Sequence record: PQ309151.1
Direction: 5' to 3' (one strand)
Length of the DNA stretch: 64,000 nt
The notes under the pieces were generated by a model. That model saw only the letters and a program-made list of their open reading frames with translations, searched no databases and was not told the DNA's origin. Positions 19,440 to 28,171 of this stretch are shown one piece after another; position 1 is the first letter of the stretch; each line of letters opens with the position of its first letter. Both the position numbers and the translations under genes were made by a program.

Positions 19440-20201
19440 TTAGCCGAGTTTCGCGGTGGCTTCTTCGACCGCCGGCAGCGTGAACGAAGCATCCTTGACG
19501 CCCGGTTCCAGACTCACAGGCGCTGCGTCGAGGAACTTCGCACCTTCAGCCGGAGCATTGATGATTTCCTGCACCGACAGCGCGTCGCCTGCGATACCTT
19601 CCATGCCTTCGGCCGGCGCTTCGACTTCCTTGGCCATTGCCGGAACATCGCCTTCCTTGAACACGACGTCCGTCACGCCAGATGCACGCGCGGCTTCGAT
19701 CTGCTCGATCGTCAGTGCGTCTTGCGCTTCGAGCAACTGCTTGAGCGCGGCGTTGTAGATCAGGTTCAGTTCGCCGATGAGCGGCTGGAACTTGTTGAAG
19801 AGGTCGATGTCGAATGCCTGGTAGGCTTCGAAGATGCGGTAGGCTTTCGAGAGCTCTTCGTAGCTCAGGCACAGCTTGCGGATGTTGCCGTGGCTGTCCC
19901 AGAGATCCTGGAAGTCCTTGGCCATTTCGGCGGCCAGCGGCGGGATCTTCGCCTGGATTTCGTTGAACTGGGTTTCCTGGCCGTTCTTGGCGATCTTGGC
20001 CAAGACGATCGGGTGGTTGTACTGTGCGAACAGTTCAGCCAGCTTGACGATGTTCTTCTGGCTGCGTGCGTGTATTTCTTTCAGCTGGTACCAGCAGCGG
20101 GAGGTCTTCTCGCGGTCAAACGTTTTCTTGCCGCCCGTGATGCCGGCTGCGGCACGACGTTCTGCGTCTTTCTGACGGCGGCTTGCGGATTTCTGCGTCA
20201 T
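19440..20201 (-). CDS. Helical protein with basic N-terminus and acidic A/E/P-rich C-terminus
   Basis: 253 aa, strong codon bias, RBS upstream. Confidence 0.55.
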   Translation of the reverse strand: MTQKSASRRQKDAERRAAAGITGGKKTFDREKTSRCWYQLKEIHARSQKNIVKLAELFAQYNHPIVLAKIAKNGQETQFNEIQAKIPPLAAEMAKDFQDLWDSHGNIRKLCLSYEELSKAYRIFEAYQAFDIDLFNKFQPLIGELNLIYNAALKQLLEAQDALTIEQIEAARASGVTDVVFKEGDVPAMAKEVEAPAEGMEGIAGDALSVQEIINAPAEGAKFLDAAPVSLEPGVKDASFTLPAVEEATAKLG

Positions 20202-20316
20202 TTGTCATATCCCCAGTAGGAATTTTAGATGGTTCACCAGACGATAACTCAGGGCAAATAAAAAAGTATTTATTTACTCTGTTGTGTAGATCCTCTGATG
20301 AATAAGGAGAACCACT

Positions 20317-21213
20317 ATGCTCGATCAGAGCTTGGACAACTTTTTGGAACAGGCATTGCCACCGGAGAAGTACCGCCTCTACGTGGACATTATCTCCTAC
20401 TTGGAGAGCATAGAATACGACACCATCGAGAGTGAGCTTTTGAATCTCATTTACATGTCGATTGGCGACGAGAACGAAAAGGTTCCGAAGCCTGAATCGA
20501 CCTGTGTGGACGAGATCTACGGCCACCTGCGTGAATGCATGATCTCCCAGCTTTCGCAAAGCGGCATTGTCGCGAACGAAGAGGTCAAGCTAAAGGATGT
20601 GTACGATTTGGCCATTGGCCTTTTCCACATCTCGACCCACGAAGACATTGCAGGCATTGTTGCTTGCTGCAGTCTCGATGAGGCACCGATCCATCAGCTG
20701 TGCGAAGTACTCCAGTTGGTGACGACGGTTAGCGCGGATCACTGGATGACTGTGATCGACGAAATTCAACCCGAAGTCATTTCGCGTATTGTCGAAATGA
20801 GTAAACAGACGATCGACTCCGAGTATCAAGTTATGGAGGAGACGGCTGAATATTTACAGAAGCTGCGGATCTATTCCGAGTACTGCGTCAAGAAGGGCTT
20901 TACTGACCTGAAAGTATTCAAGCTGGTTGGCGAAGTTGTTCTCGGCCAGGACTTCACGACGTATCTGGATTCGGGCGTCCTGCATGAACTCTTCGAAGGT
21001 GATCAGATGGAACGTCTGGCGCTGGAGATGTATGGCATGGCGCTGATGTCCAACGATGCATCGAAGGATCCGATCGGTTCTATCCGCACTGTCGTCGAGT
21101 CGTATATCGAAGATACGCGGCGTATCGTTGCCTTGAACTCGCAAGTTGGGTTGGTCAATGCTGAGTTCGTCAAGTTCTTCCAAATTACCAGCCAGGGCCT
21201 GAACAATGGATAA
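20317..21213 (+). CDS. Conserved virion-associated protein (phiKZ gp79-like)
   Basis: 298 aa, acidic; AAGGAG RBS; overlaps the start of the vRNAP subunit gene. Confidence 0.55.
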   Translation: MLDQSLDNFLEQALPPEKYRLYVDIISYLESIEYDTIESELLNLIYMSIGDENEKVPKPESTCVDEIYGHLRECMISQLSQSGIVANEEVKLKDVYDLAIGLFHISTHEDIAGIVACCSLDEAPIHQLCEVLQLVTTVSADHWMTVIDEIQPEVISRIVEMSKQTIDSEYQVMEETAEYLQKLRIYSEYCVKKGFTDLKVFKLVGEVVLGQDFTTYLDSGVLHELFEGDQMERLALEMYGMALMSNDASKDPIGSIRTVVESYIEDTRRIVALNSQVGLVNAEFVKFFQITSQGLNNG

Positions 21214-22504
21214 ACGTGACTTTTTCATGCTCTGCATGAAAGAACACAAGTATCGGAATAAGCGCTGGGTGTTGCGTGCTTTCGCTTTGGTGCGAGAGAA
21301 CAAGACACCTGAGACTTCCGCTGCTCTTGACATCATTCAAACGCCTGCCGGACACTTTTACAAGCACCCGGAAACGGGTGAGCTTGAACAGATTCGTGGT
21401 GATGTGAAACCTGGAAAGCCGATGTATGGCATCAAGGAAAAACTCACTGTGAAGAAGGGAGAGCTTCCCGGCATTCTCAAGGACGAGGAAACTGACTACG
21501 GTCGTATCCTCTACTACTGCATCGTCTTCCTCCATTCATTTGACGGGCACGTGCCCTTTAAAAATCAGCAAATGGACATGGGGAAATTTGAAGATGAGCT
21601 CGCTGCTAAACTACAGGACGATGTCGAAGAGGGTCAGCAAGAGAACCCTGCTCTTTTCTATCCTCGTCAACTCGTACGTTATTACGAGGCCATGGCTTAC
21701 ACACGGGGTCTTGCCATGCTCTGCGTACCTGCCGCTTCTCCGAAATCGATGACCATCGATCCGAAGGTATTGAAGCGTCGGGATGAGATCTTCAATGATC
21801 CGAGCATTGACCTGAACAATCAGGCAGTGGCGGCATCAGTGGAGAAGGAACTGGTGGACATGGACCGCGATTCGTTCAAGGACGATTCGGCCTCCGGCTT
21901 CCTTATCAACAAAAAAGACTTCGCGGTTATTCGCAAGAAGCGTTTCATTTCATTCGGCTCGGGGGCTGGCCTCACACCTGACTCCAAGACAGCATACGTT
22001 AAGAGTAGCTTGAACGAAGGTGTGGATGTAAAACAGTTCAAGGACTACAACGATGAAATGCGTACTGGTTCGTATAAGCGCGGCGTTGAAACGATGTTCG
22101 GTGGTGAACTGGACAAGTGGCTCGTGCGCGAATCTTCGAACATCCGCGTTCTACCGGATGACTGTGGTAGCGTTGTCGGTATTCCAACCCTCATCACGGA
22201 ACTCAACAAAACCCAGTGGCTTGGCTTCAACATCGTCGAAGGACGTGGTGTCGGCAAGCTGACTGAAGATAACATCGGCACTTATATGGGCAAGGTTGTT
22301 CTGCGTCGCTCACCAGCTGCATGCTGGGCTGCGAAGCCGGACTATTGCACGGTGTGCCTGGGCGAAAAGCTCTCGATGAACCCGGACGCAATTTCCATCG
22401 CGTTCTCGCAATATGGTCACGATTTCATGGGTGAATCCATGTCCGCAATGCACGGCAAGTCATTGTCGATTGCTCGGATGGATCTCGTGGCTGAAGCTTC
22501 TTAA
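21206..22504 (+). CDS. rpoC: Virion RNA polymerase beta'-like subunit (phiKZ gp80-like)
   Basis: 432 aa; bridge-helix-like RTGSYKRGVET...GELDK, DDCGS and the Zn site RSPAAC...DYCTVCLG. Confidence 0.8.
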   Translation: MDKRDFFMLCMKEHKYRNKRWVLRAFALVRENKTPETSAALDIIQTPAGHFYKHPETGELEQIRGDVKPGKPMYGIKEKLTVKKGELPGILKDEETDYGRILYYCIVFLHSFDGHVPFKNQQMDMGKFEDELAAKLQDDVEEGQQENPALFYPRQLVRYYEAMAYTRGLAMLCVPAASPKSMTIDPKVLKRRDEIFNDPSIDLNNQAVAASVEKELVDMDRDSFKDDSASGFLINKKDFAVIRKKRFISFGSGAGLTPDSKTAYVKSSLNEGVDVKQFKDYNDEMRTGSYKRGVETMFGGELDKWLVRESSNIRVLPDDCGSVVGIPTLITELNKTQWLGFNIVEGRGVGKLTEDNIGTYMGKVVLRRSPAACWAAKPDYCTVCLGEKLSMNPDAISIAFSQYGHDFMGESMSAMHGKSLSIARMDLVAEAS

Positions 22505-22530
22505 ATCTTTTCTTTCTGGAGAATATTCTC

Positions 22531-23550
22531 ATGGCAACGGAACAACAAGCTGGTACGCAAGACGGCGCAACGCAAGATCAGGAAGCAGCGAAGGCAGCTG
22601 CCGCCGATCAAGCCGCTCAGCAACAAGAGCAACAGGACAACGCTGGCGATGCAGCCAAGGAAGGCACGACTGTGTCTGGCGATTCGAAGGGCGAAACGCA
22701 GACGGTTGCCAAGGAAGACGTCGGCAGCGTGACGGACGCTCTCGGTCTGGGTCTCGCCGGTGATGCTGCGACCGCAGCAATCGCAAGCGCTACCGACGCA
22801 GCTGCGGCACAAGCTGCTGCCGACAAACAAGCTCAAGCCGACGCAGCCGCAAAGCAGGCACAAGCAGATGCAGATGCACAAGCTGCTGCCAAGGCTGCCG
22901 CTGCCGCTGCTCCTGCTACGGCAACGGTTCGCAAGACCATCCCCGCTCCGGCAAACGTCGCAACGGGCGCAAAAGCACCGGCTCCGACCACGGCAACGAC
23001 TCCTGCTGCTGCTGTTGTCACGCAACAAGTCGCGGCCGCTGCAACGGTCACCAACACGGCTGCCGCTGCTCCCGCGAACGATCGCGATCTGCCCGAAGTC
23101 GTCGCTGCAATGAAGGTTGCGAAGCCGCAAACGCAATCGGCGTTGTATCAGGTCATTCAGTACGCTGCTGATCTGAACCCGCTCAAGCGGGTGGAACTGT
23201 CGACGATCGAACAAGCCCAGATCAATCTGCGCTCGAATCTGTTCACGATCCTGTCGGCGGAAGACACGAACTTCAAGGTCGTGTACCAGGCACTGCTCGC
23301 AATCGTCCGTGCACACAAGAACAACTGCTTCGCGATCACGGCTCGCAACCGCGGCCTGAACACGGTCAGCGTAGCAGCGCTCGACAACAAGGGCATGCGT
23401 TTCCTGACGAAGATCGTCGATCTGCTCGTTCTCACCGCCGGCACCAACAATCTCGAACAAGTCAAGGCTCACTACGACTTCTCGAAGATGGCTGAATGGT
23501 GCCCGAACGTGCGCATCCAGCAGAACCTGACGTCGTACTACTCGGCTTAA
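22531..23550 (+). CDS. Protein with ~190-aa A/Q/D/T-rich disordered N-terminus and a folded C-terminal domain
   Basis: 339 aa; GGAGA RBS; sharp compositional break at about DRDLPEVV. Confidence 0.7.
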   Translation: MATEQQAGTQDGATQDQEAAKAAAADQAAQQQEQQDNAGDAAKEGTTVSGDSKGETQTVAKEDVGSVTDALGLGLAGDAATAAIASATDAAAAQAAADKQAQADAAAKQAQADADAQAAAKAAAAAAPATATVRKTIPAPANVATGAKAPAPTTATTPAAAVVTQQVAAAATVTNTAAAAPANDRDLPEVVAAMKVAKPQTQSALYQVIQYAADLNPLKRVELSTIEQAQINLRSNLFTILSAEDTNFKVVYQALLAIVRAHKNNCFAITARNRGLNTVSVAALDNKGMRFLTKIVDLLVLTAGTNNLEQVKAHYDFSKMAEWCPNVRIQQNLTSYYSA

Positions 23551-23565
23551 TCGCAGCAATGCGGT

Positions 23566-23609
23566 CATAGACATCCTCCTGGCGCAAGCCAGGAGGATGT
23601 CTAGTTATG
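23566..23609. terminator. Hairpin between convergent genes (GCAA loop, CATA/TATG flanks)
   Basis: AGACATCCTCCTGGC-GCAA-GCCAGGAGGATGTCT, 15 bp. Confidence 0.7.
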
Positions 23610-23613
23610 CCGT

Positions 23614-24474
23614 TTAGGCGTAATGCATCTTGCGTGCTTTGCGATTCTGCTTCTTGATGCGAGCAGAACGCTGACGACGGTTCTTCTGATGCTCCTGGTT
23701 ATCCAGGCGTGCTTGCGTTTGATAATTCTCACGCTCGACATGTTTCACAGCACCAGCGAAGTAATCGTCAATGCCGCGACGGAAGAACTCAGTCTGCACA
23801 CTTTCCCACGTCGAGAGGTCTTCATCTTCCTTGCAACGATCGAACGGAACCGTGCAGGACATGATGACGCCTTGGGAGATGGGGCGGCCGAAGAATTCCA
23901 GAATCGCAACAGCCATGCATTCGCAACGATCAGCGTAGTGCAAATGCTGACGGTGACGATACAGAACGCCATTGAGATTCCTGATACGGAAGTGATGCTC
24001 GACGAACTGCATGAGATCCATACCGATGGCTTGTAAGCCTTTACGACCGGAATACTCGATGATCGCCTGCATGCCATGCATCATGATGACTGCGTAGTAA
24101 TTCGGCATGTACTGCTCGATCAAATGCGTTTTCGTGCAGGCGCCTTCATACGCGATCAGTTCATCTTCGATCAGATCGAGTACTTGCTTGGTGAAACGTA
24201 CCAGCGAGTATTGGTGAAGCTTGCCGGTTTCGTTCAGCTTCTTGAGAGCGTCTTTGAACGCGTCGTAACGTTGGAACTGACACGCTCGTTCGACACTTCT
24301 CTGCATTGCGTCGACATGAAGCAGACGTTTGAGTTCTCGTCTGTCTTTACGCGACAACTTCTTTTCTTTCTTCGGTCTCTTCCAGGACATGAAAGCTTTG
24401 ATCGCGATGACAACGATCAGACACAACAGCCCTGCTACCCCAACACCCACAGCGTTCAAGTTATACATTTTCAA
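23614..24474 (-). CDS. N-terminally membrane-anchored protein with basic termini
   Basis: Hydrophobic VGVGVAGLLCLIVVIAIKAFM followed by KRPKKEKK; K/R-rich C-terminus. Confidence 0.65.
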   Translation of the reverse strand: MKMYNLNAVGVGVAGLLCLIVVIAIKAFMSWKRPKKEKKLSRKDRRELKRLLHVDAMQRSVERACQFQRYDAFKDALKKLNETGKLHQYSLVRFTKQVLDLIEDELIAYEGACTKTHLIEQYMPNYYAVIMMHGMQAIIEYSGRKGLQAIGMDLMQFVEHHFRIRNLNGVLYRHRQHLHYADRCECMAVAILEFFGRPISQGVIMSCTVPFDRCKEDEDLSTWESVQTEFFRRGIDDYFAGAVKHVERENYQTQARLDNQEHQKNRRQRSARIKKQNRKARKMHYA

Positions 24475-24491
24475 ACTCTTCTTAGTTTATG

Positions 24492-24896
24492 TCATTCAGG
24501 AATGTAGGAAAGAACTACGTACGCAATACCAGGTTCGAGACCGATCTTGTCACCTAAGATCGGAATCAAGCTAATGCCGGCCAGAGTCGACAGATACAGC
24601 GCTGTCAATCCAGCCTTGTCGTCTTCGAAAGTACATTCACAAGTGAACGCACCATCGTCCTCGACTATTTTACCAGCTACAATGCACTGGCTAAAATCCG
24701 TTTTGCCGGGATTCTTCTCCCGGATGTACTGCTGGAGTGCGTAGGCCAAACGAGCCGGTCTGGAGCCCTCGTTGTAAGCCGCAAAGTGCTTCCTCCACTC
24801 ATCCAGCGTGGTCTCGTACTCAGGCGGCAGAAAAATGTCCACGACCTGATTAGTACGAGACCGGATAGTCTTTTGAACTAACCGGTCAAGACTCAT
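24492..24896 (-). CDS. Hypothetical protein
   Basis: 134 aa; GAGGAG RBS; stop-start spacing of 1 nt from the upstream gene. Confidence 0.6.
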   Translation of the reverse strand: MSLDRLVQKTIRSRTNQVVDIFLPPEYETTLDEWRKHFAAYNEGSRPARLAYALQQYIREKNPGKTDFSQCIVAGKIVEDDGAFTCECTFEDDKAGLTALYLSTLAGISLIPILGDKIGLEPGIAYVVLSYIPE

Positions 24897-24897
24897 A

Positions 24898-25173
24898 TTA
24901 CTCCTCGTTCAGATGCTTAATTACCTTGTCAAAGACGTCTTGCCAGGTAGAGAACGGACCATCGAGAAAACCGATATCCAATTCATCTTCCAGTTCAGAC
25001 ATGATGTCCATGTGATCCAGCGAATCCAGATCCCCGCTCTGGAAAGGCAACGCCAGGAACTCACGGAACTCCGTACTGTTCTCGACCGCGGTCTTGCGAA
25101 CCGTTTTCGTGTCGTACGACGATACTACTTGAACGAGCACTCGACGTGCCTTCTGTGCTTTGGCCTCAGCCAT
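24898..25173 (-). CDS. Acyl carrier protein-like
   Basis: DLDSLDHMDIMSELEDELDI aligns with the ACP signature GADSLDTVELVMALEEEFD (Ser retained); VENSTEF ~ VTNNASF; STWQDVFD ~ TTVQAAID; 91 aa, acidic. Confidence 0.75.
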   Translation of the reverse strand: MAEAKAQKARRVLVQVVSSYDTKTVRKTAVENSTEFREFLALPFQSGDLDSLDHMDIMSELEDELDIGFLDGPFSTWQDVFDKVIKHLNEE

Positions 25174-25228
25174 TTTAAAAACCCCTGCTTGTTATTACTG
25201 TTACTGGTTTCGGTCGAAAACCAAATAA

Positions 25229-25426
25229 TCAGTCTCGGGTTATGTTGTATAAATCTTTCAGTTCGGGATGGAATACACGAAGCTGAAGCATGTCTCGGCA
25301 ATTGGGGATTTCGTTGAATTCGAAGAACATGTTGAAGGCTTGTCCTTTCTCATCAACCAGTTGACAGAGGAAGTGTCTGTCTTGAGGTAGCTTCTTCATC
25401 AATTCGATTACGTCTGCCGGTGTCAT
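25229..25426 (-). CDS. Small hypothetical protein
   Basis: 65 aa; GAGG RBS; begins just after the terminator at 25455-25498. Confidence 0.55.
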   Translation of the reverse strand: MTPADVIELMKKLPQDRHFLCQLVDEKGQAFNMFFEFNEIPNCRDMLQLRVFHPELKDLYNITRD

Positions 25427-25454
25427 AAAACCTCAAAAAAATAAGTAGACAGCA

Positions 25455-25498
25455 AAAAGGGCGGTACAGAGAGGCCGAAGCCTCCCCATACCGTGCCT
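25455..25498 (-). terminator. Rho-independent terminator (UUCG loop plus U-tract)
   Basis: Minus strand GGCACGGTATGGGGAGGC-TTCG-GCCTCTCTGTACCGCCC-TTTTT. Confidence 0.8.
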
Positions 25499-25499
25499 A

Positions 25500-25990
25500 A
25501 GATGAAACTGAACTTACAATCCAAGGTCGTCGCATCACCACAAGGAAATGACGAGTGACGACTATGGGCTGTAAGCTTGGCAGCGAGCGTCTCCCGACGT
25601 TTCGCATAGCTTACAACTGTCCCGGAAAGACCCCTTACAGACGATACGGGCTTAACACACACGAAGGCCCGAGTGCTCAATACGCAGCCGCGAACGCGCG
25701 CGGCAGCGATACGGCAAGACATCACTGAACTCTTAAAGAGATCTCATATCGGCGGCACTAAGAGGCGGCCATGAGACGTGACTGCGCTGCGGGTAGAGGA
25801 CACGATATCTCTTGATCGAACCTCAGCCGCAATACGACGTGTGTGTTTCGCGGGCCTTTCACCCGAGTGAAGAGTAGCGGCGTAACGCCGGCCCTAACAC
25901 CTCTGCCTCGAACAGATCTTCAGAAGCCCTCTTGTTAAAGAACGAACAGGCGGAACGATCCCTCACGAGATTGGTCCCGCCAGCAGACTA
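25500..25990 (-). ncRNA. Candidate large structured non-coding RNA
   Basis: ~490 nt with no credible ORF; multiple helices, GGGA/GAAA/GTGA tetraloops on the minus strand, 10-nt and 8-nt long-range complementarities, downstream terminator. Confidence 0.55.
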
Positions 25991-25993
25991 CGC

Positions 25994-27346
25994 TTACGGT
26001 TGCAGCGTGTCGGTTTCGTCAGCAGCAGCTGCGCCGTCTGCATCTGCCTTCACTTCGGTTTGAGCCGGAGCTTGTGCATCTGCTTGCGGTGCGACTTCTG
26101 CCGTACCTTCAGCAGCCGGGGCTGCGTCGACAGCGGGAGCAGCGACTTGTTCAGCCGTTGTGTCCACTGCCGGCGTTTCCACGGCCGGAACTTCTGCTTG
26201 CGCTTGTGCAGCGTCGGTTTCCACCGGCGCAGCCGTTTGCGCTGCGTCAGCAGCTTGTTCCACCGGAGCAGCGTCGACCGGAGCGCCTGCGAGTGCAGCT
26301 GCCGTTGCCGGATCTGCATTCACTTCAGGCGTTTGGGCCAGAGCTTCGGGCGAGTGATCGACTTCAGCCGGAGCATCGGCGGTTTGTTCCACCGCAGGAG
26401 CTTCGGTTTGAGCCACATCACCAGCCGGTGCGGTTGCTTGTTCTGCAGCGGGGACTTCAGCTTGAGCAGCGTCTGCTGCCGGGGCATCCACCTGTGCTGC
26501 AACTTCCGGTGCTGCTTGCTCGCCGGCGGCGGGGTCGACTTCCGGGGCAGCTTCTTGAGCCACGCCTTCGTCGGCTGCGCCAGCCGGTTGAGCTTGTTCA
26601 GCAGCAGTGTCGGTCGTTTCAGCTGCAGCTTGGGCCGGTACTTCGGCTTGAGCATCTGCTGCTTGATCGACGACTTGCGGAGCTGCGTCAACCGGGGTTT
26701 CAGCTTGCGCTTCGCCAGCGGCCGGATCCGTTTCTGCTACTGCGGGAGCTTCCGGCGTTTCCACCGGTGCTACGTCTGCGGGCTGTTCCACTGCGGGTGC
26801 AGCTTGTTCAGCCGTACCTGCATCCGTGCCCGCTGCCGGATCTTGAGCAGCGTCGCCAGCAACTGCGGGAGCCGCATCTGCCGGTTGTTCTGCTTGTGCG
26901 TCGCCTGCCGGCGCTGCATCGGTCGTGCCAGCGTCAGCCGGTGCGTCGACTTGTGCCGGGGCATCGCCCGTCGGTTGTGGTGCATCGGCGCCAGTGTTGT
27001 CTGCCGGAGTAGCAGCCTGGTCACCCGTCGATGCGTCCGCTTGCGAAGCGTCCGTACCTGCGTCTTGTTGTGCTGCGCCGTCAGCGATCTGGTTGTCCAG
27101 TTCAGCTGCGGCTGCGCCAGCGGCTGCGGCGGCTGCCGTACCATTGTCGCCCAGACCGAGTGCTTCGTTCGTGGTGTCGCCGAGAGGTGCGTCTTCGGCT
27201 GCCGGCGGAACGATCGGATGGTCTTCTTTCTTCTTGTGGAAGAGGCTGATAACGCGGTCGAGCACGTGCTCGGGCAGTGCGGCGAGGGCTTCGATCGCCA
27301 GGATTTCGGTCTTCAGTTCGTCGAGAACTTTGTGGATGAGGCTCAC
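25994..27346 (-). CDS. Acidic Ala/Pro/Glu/Asp/Gln-rich intrinsically disordered protein with degenerate repeats
   Basis: 450 aa; AAGGA RBS; ~40-aa helical N-terminus, then ~400 aa almost devoid of K/R and aromatic residues. Confidence 0.8.
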   Translation of the reverse strand: MSLIHKVLDELKTEILAIEALAALPEHVLDRVISLFHKKKEDHPIVPPAAEDAPLGDTTNEALGLGDNGTAAAAAAGAAAAELDNQIADGAAQQDAGTDASQADASTGDQAATPADNTGADAPQPTGDAPAQVDAPADAGTTDAAPAGDAQAEQPADAAPAVAGDAAQDPAAGTDAGTAEQAAPAVEQPADVAPVETPEAPAVAETDPAAGEAQAETPVDAAPQVVDQAADAQAEVPAQAAAETTDTAAEQAQPAGAADEGVAQEAAPEVDPAAGEQAAPEVAAQVDAPAADAAQAEVPAAEQATAPAGDVAQTEAPAVEQTADAPAEVDHSPEALAQTPEVNADPATAAALAGAPVDAAPVEQAADAAQTAAPVETDAAQAQAEVPAVETPAVDTTAEQVAAPAVDAAPAAEGTAEVAPQADAQAPAQTEVKADADGAAAADETDTLQP

Positions 27347-27419
27347 GATTTTTCCTTAGAAAGGAGTGTTTTAAAAAGACTGCTGGACCAGCAAAAACGT
27401 TGTTACTGGCTCATACAAT

Positions 27420-27785
27420 TTACGGGTGCCAGACGACGGTAAAAGCGGGTAATGCAAGGCTCAGAGCGAAGAGGAGTTTGCATGCAATATGCAGCCCCTG
27501 ATCGGTCATTGCGCCGATGAAATTCTTGACCCGGAACATGTCGATGACCCAGTGCCAGATGAATTCACAGAAGCCGATTACGAATGCGGCTTTCGGAACA
27601 AACAACCACGCAACAGATCCCGTAGCCACGCCTTGAATCAAAGCGTGAACCGTCAAGCCGTACCACCAGGGGAAGATTTCCACACGACCACTCTTCATGG
27701 CGGACAGGAATTCTCCTTGGCCAGGAAAGTCGAAGAATGCGTGAACTGCCAGCAGAACAGCGAGGACTACGAGAAAGTGCTGCAT
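27420..27785 (-). CDS. DUF3307-like membrane protein
   Basis: HAFFDFPGQ, HALIQ, HWVID and DQGLH motifs within hydrophobic helices. Confidence 0.7.
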   Translation of the reverse strand: MQHFLVVLAVLLAVHAFFDFPGQGEFLSAMKSGRVEIFPWWYGLTVHALIQGVATGSVAWLFVPKAAFVIGFCEFIWHWVIDMFRVKNFIGAMTDQGLHIACKLLFALSLALPAFTVVWHP

Positions 27786-27822
27786 GTTGTTATCCTTATC
27801 GGGGTGAAGGCGCAGCCTGAGG

Positions 27823-28170
27823 TTAGTTATCTAGGAACGAAAGCAAGAGTTTGCGAGCCTCGGTAGGACGCCAGTCATCCCGGCCATACACCAGCAGCAT
27901 TTCCTCAAAGCTTTCATAGTACTCCGGCTCCCACTGATCTTCGAGACCGAAACATGAGCAGTGTGATCCGTACACTTCGAAGAATTGCTTCTTCTCATGG
28001 TCGTAACCAAACACAACTGATGATCCGGAGTAATCCTCATACGTGTATCCTGCGTACAGGAGTTGGTACTTTGGATCGTCCTCGATTCCGAATTGTTCAA
28101 AGACATCTTGACGCTTTTCGAATTCATCGTGGAAAACGGGTTCTTTTGACAACAGTGTGATAACAGACAT
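27823..28170 (-). CDS. Phage protein with SHCSCxGLE motif
   Basis: YEDYSGSS...FFEVYGSHCSCFGLEDQWEPE, a pattern I recall from many phage hypothetical proteins. Confidence 0.7.
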   Translation of the reverse strand: MSVITLLSKEPVFHDEFEKRQDVFEQFGIEDDPKYQLLYAGYTYEDYSGSSVVFGYDHEKKQFFEVYGSHCSCFGLEDQWEPEYYESFEEMLLVYGRDDWRPTEARKLLLSFLDN

Positions 28171-28171
28171 G

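Noticed and set aside
25621-25660. RNase P-like words (GGAAAGACCCC, ACAGA...CGGGCTTA) on the plus strand
   Set aside because: The two words are adjacent rather than ~300 nt apart, and tetraloop and terminator polarity favour the minus strand
25423-25725. 100-aa minus-strand ORF within the candidate ncRNA
   Set aside because: It runs through a strong terminator, has no clear RBS and has an atypical composition; the base-pairing explains the region better
25970-25990. TCCCGCCAGC resembling the tmRNA 3' end
   Set aside because: There is no T-loop, CCA end or matching 5' GGGGC acceptor; it is one arm of a local hairpin
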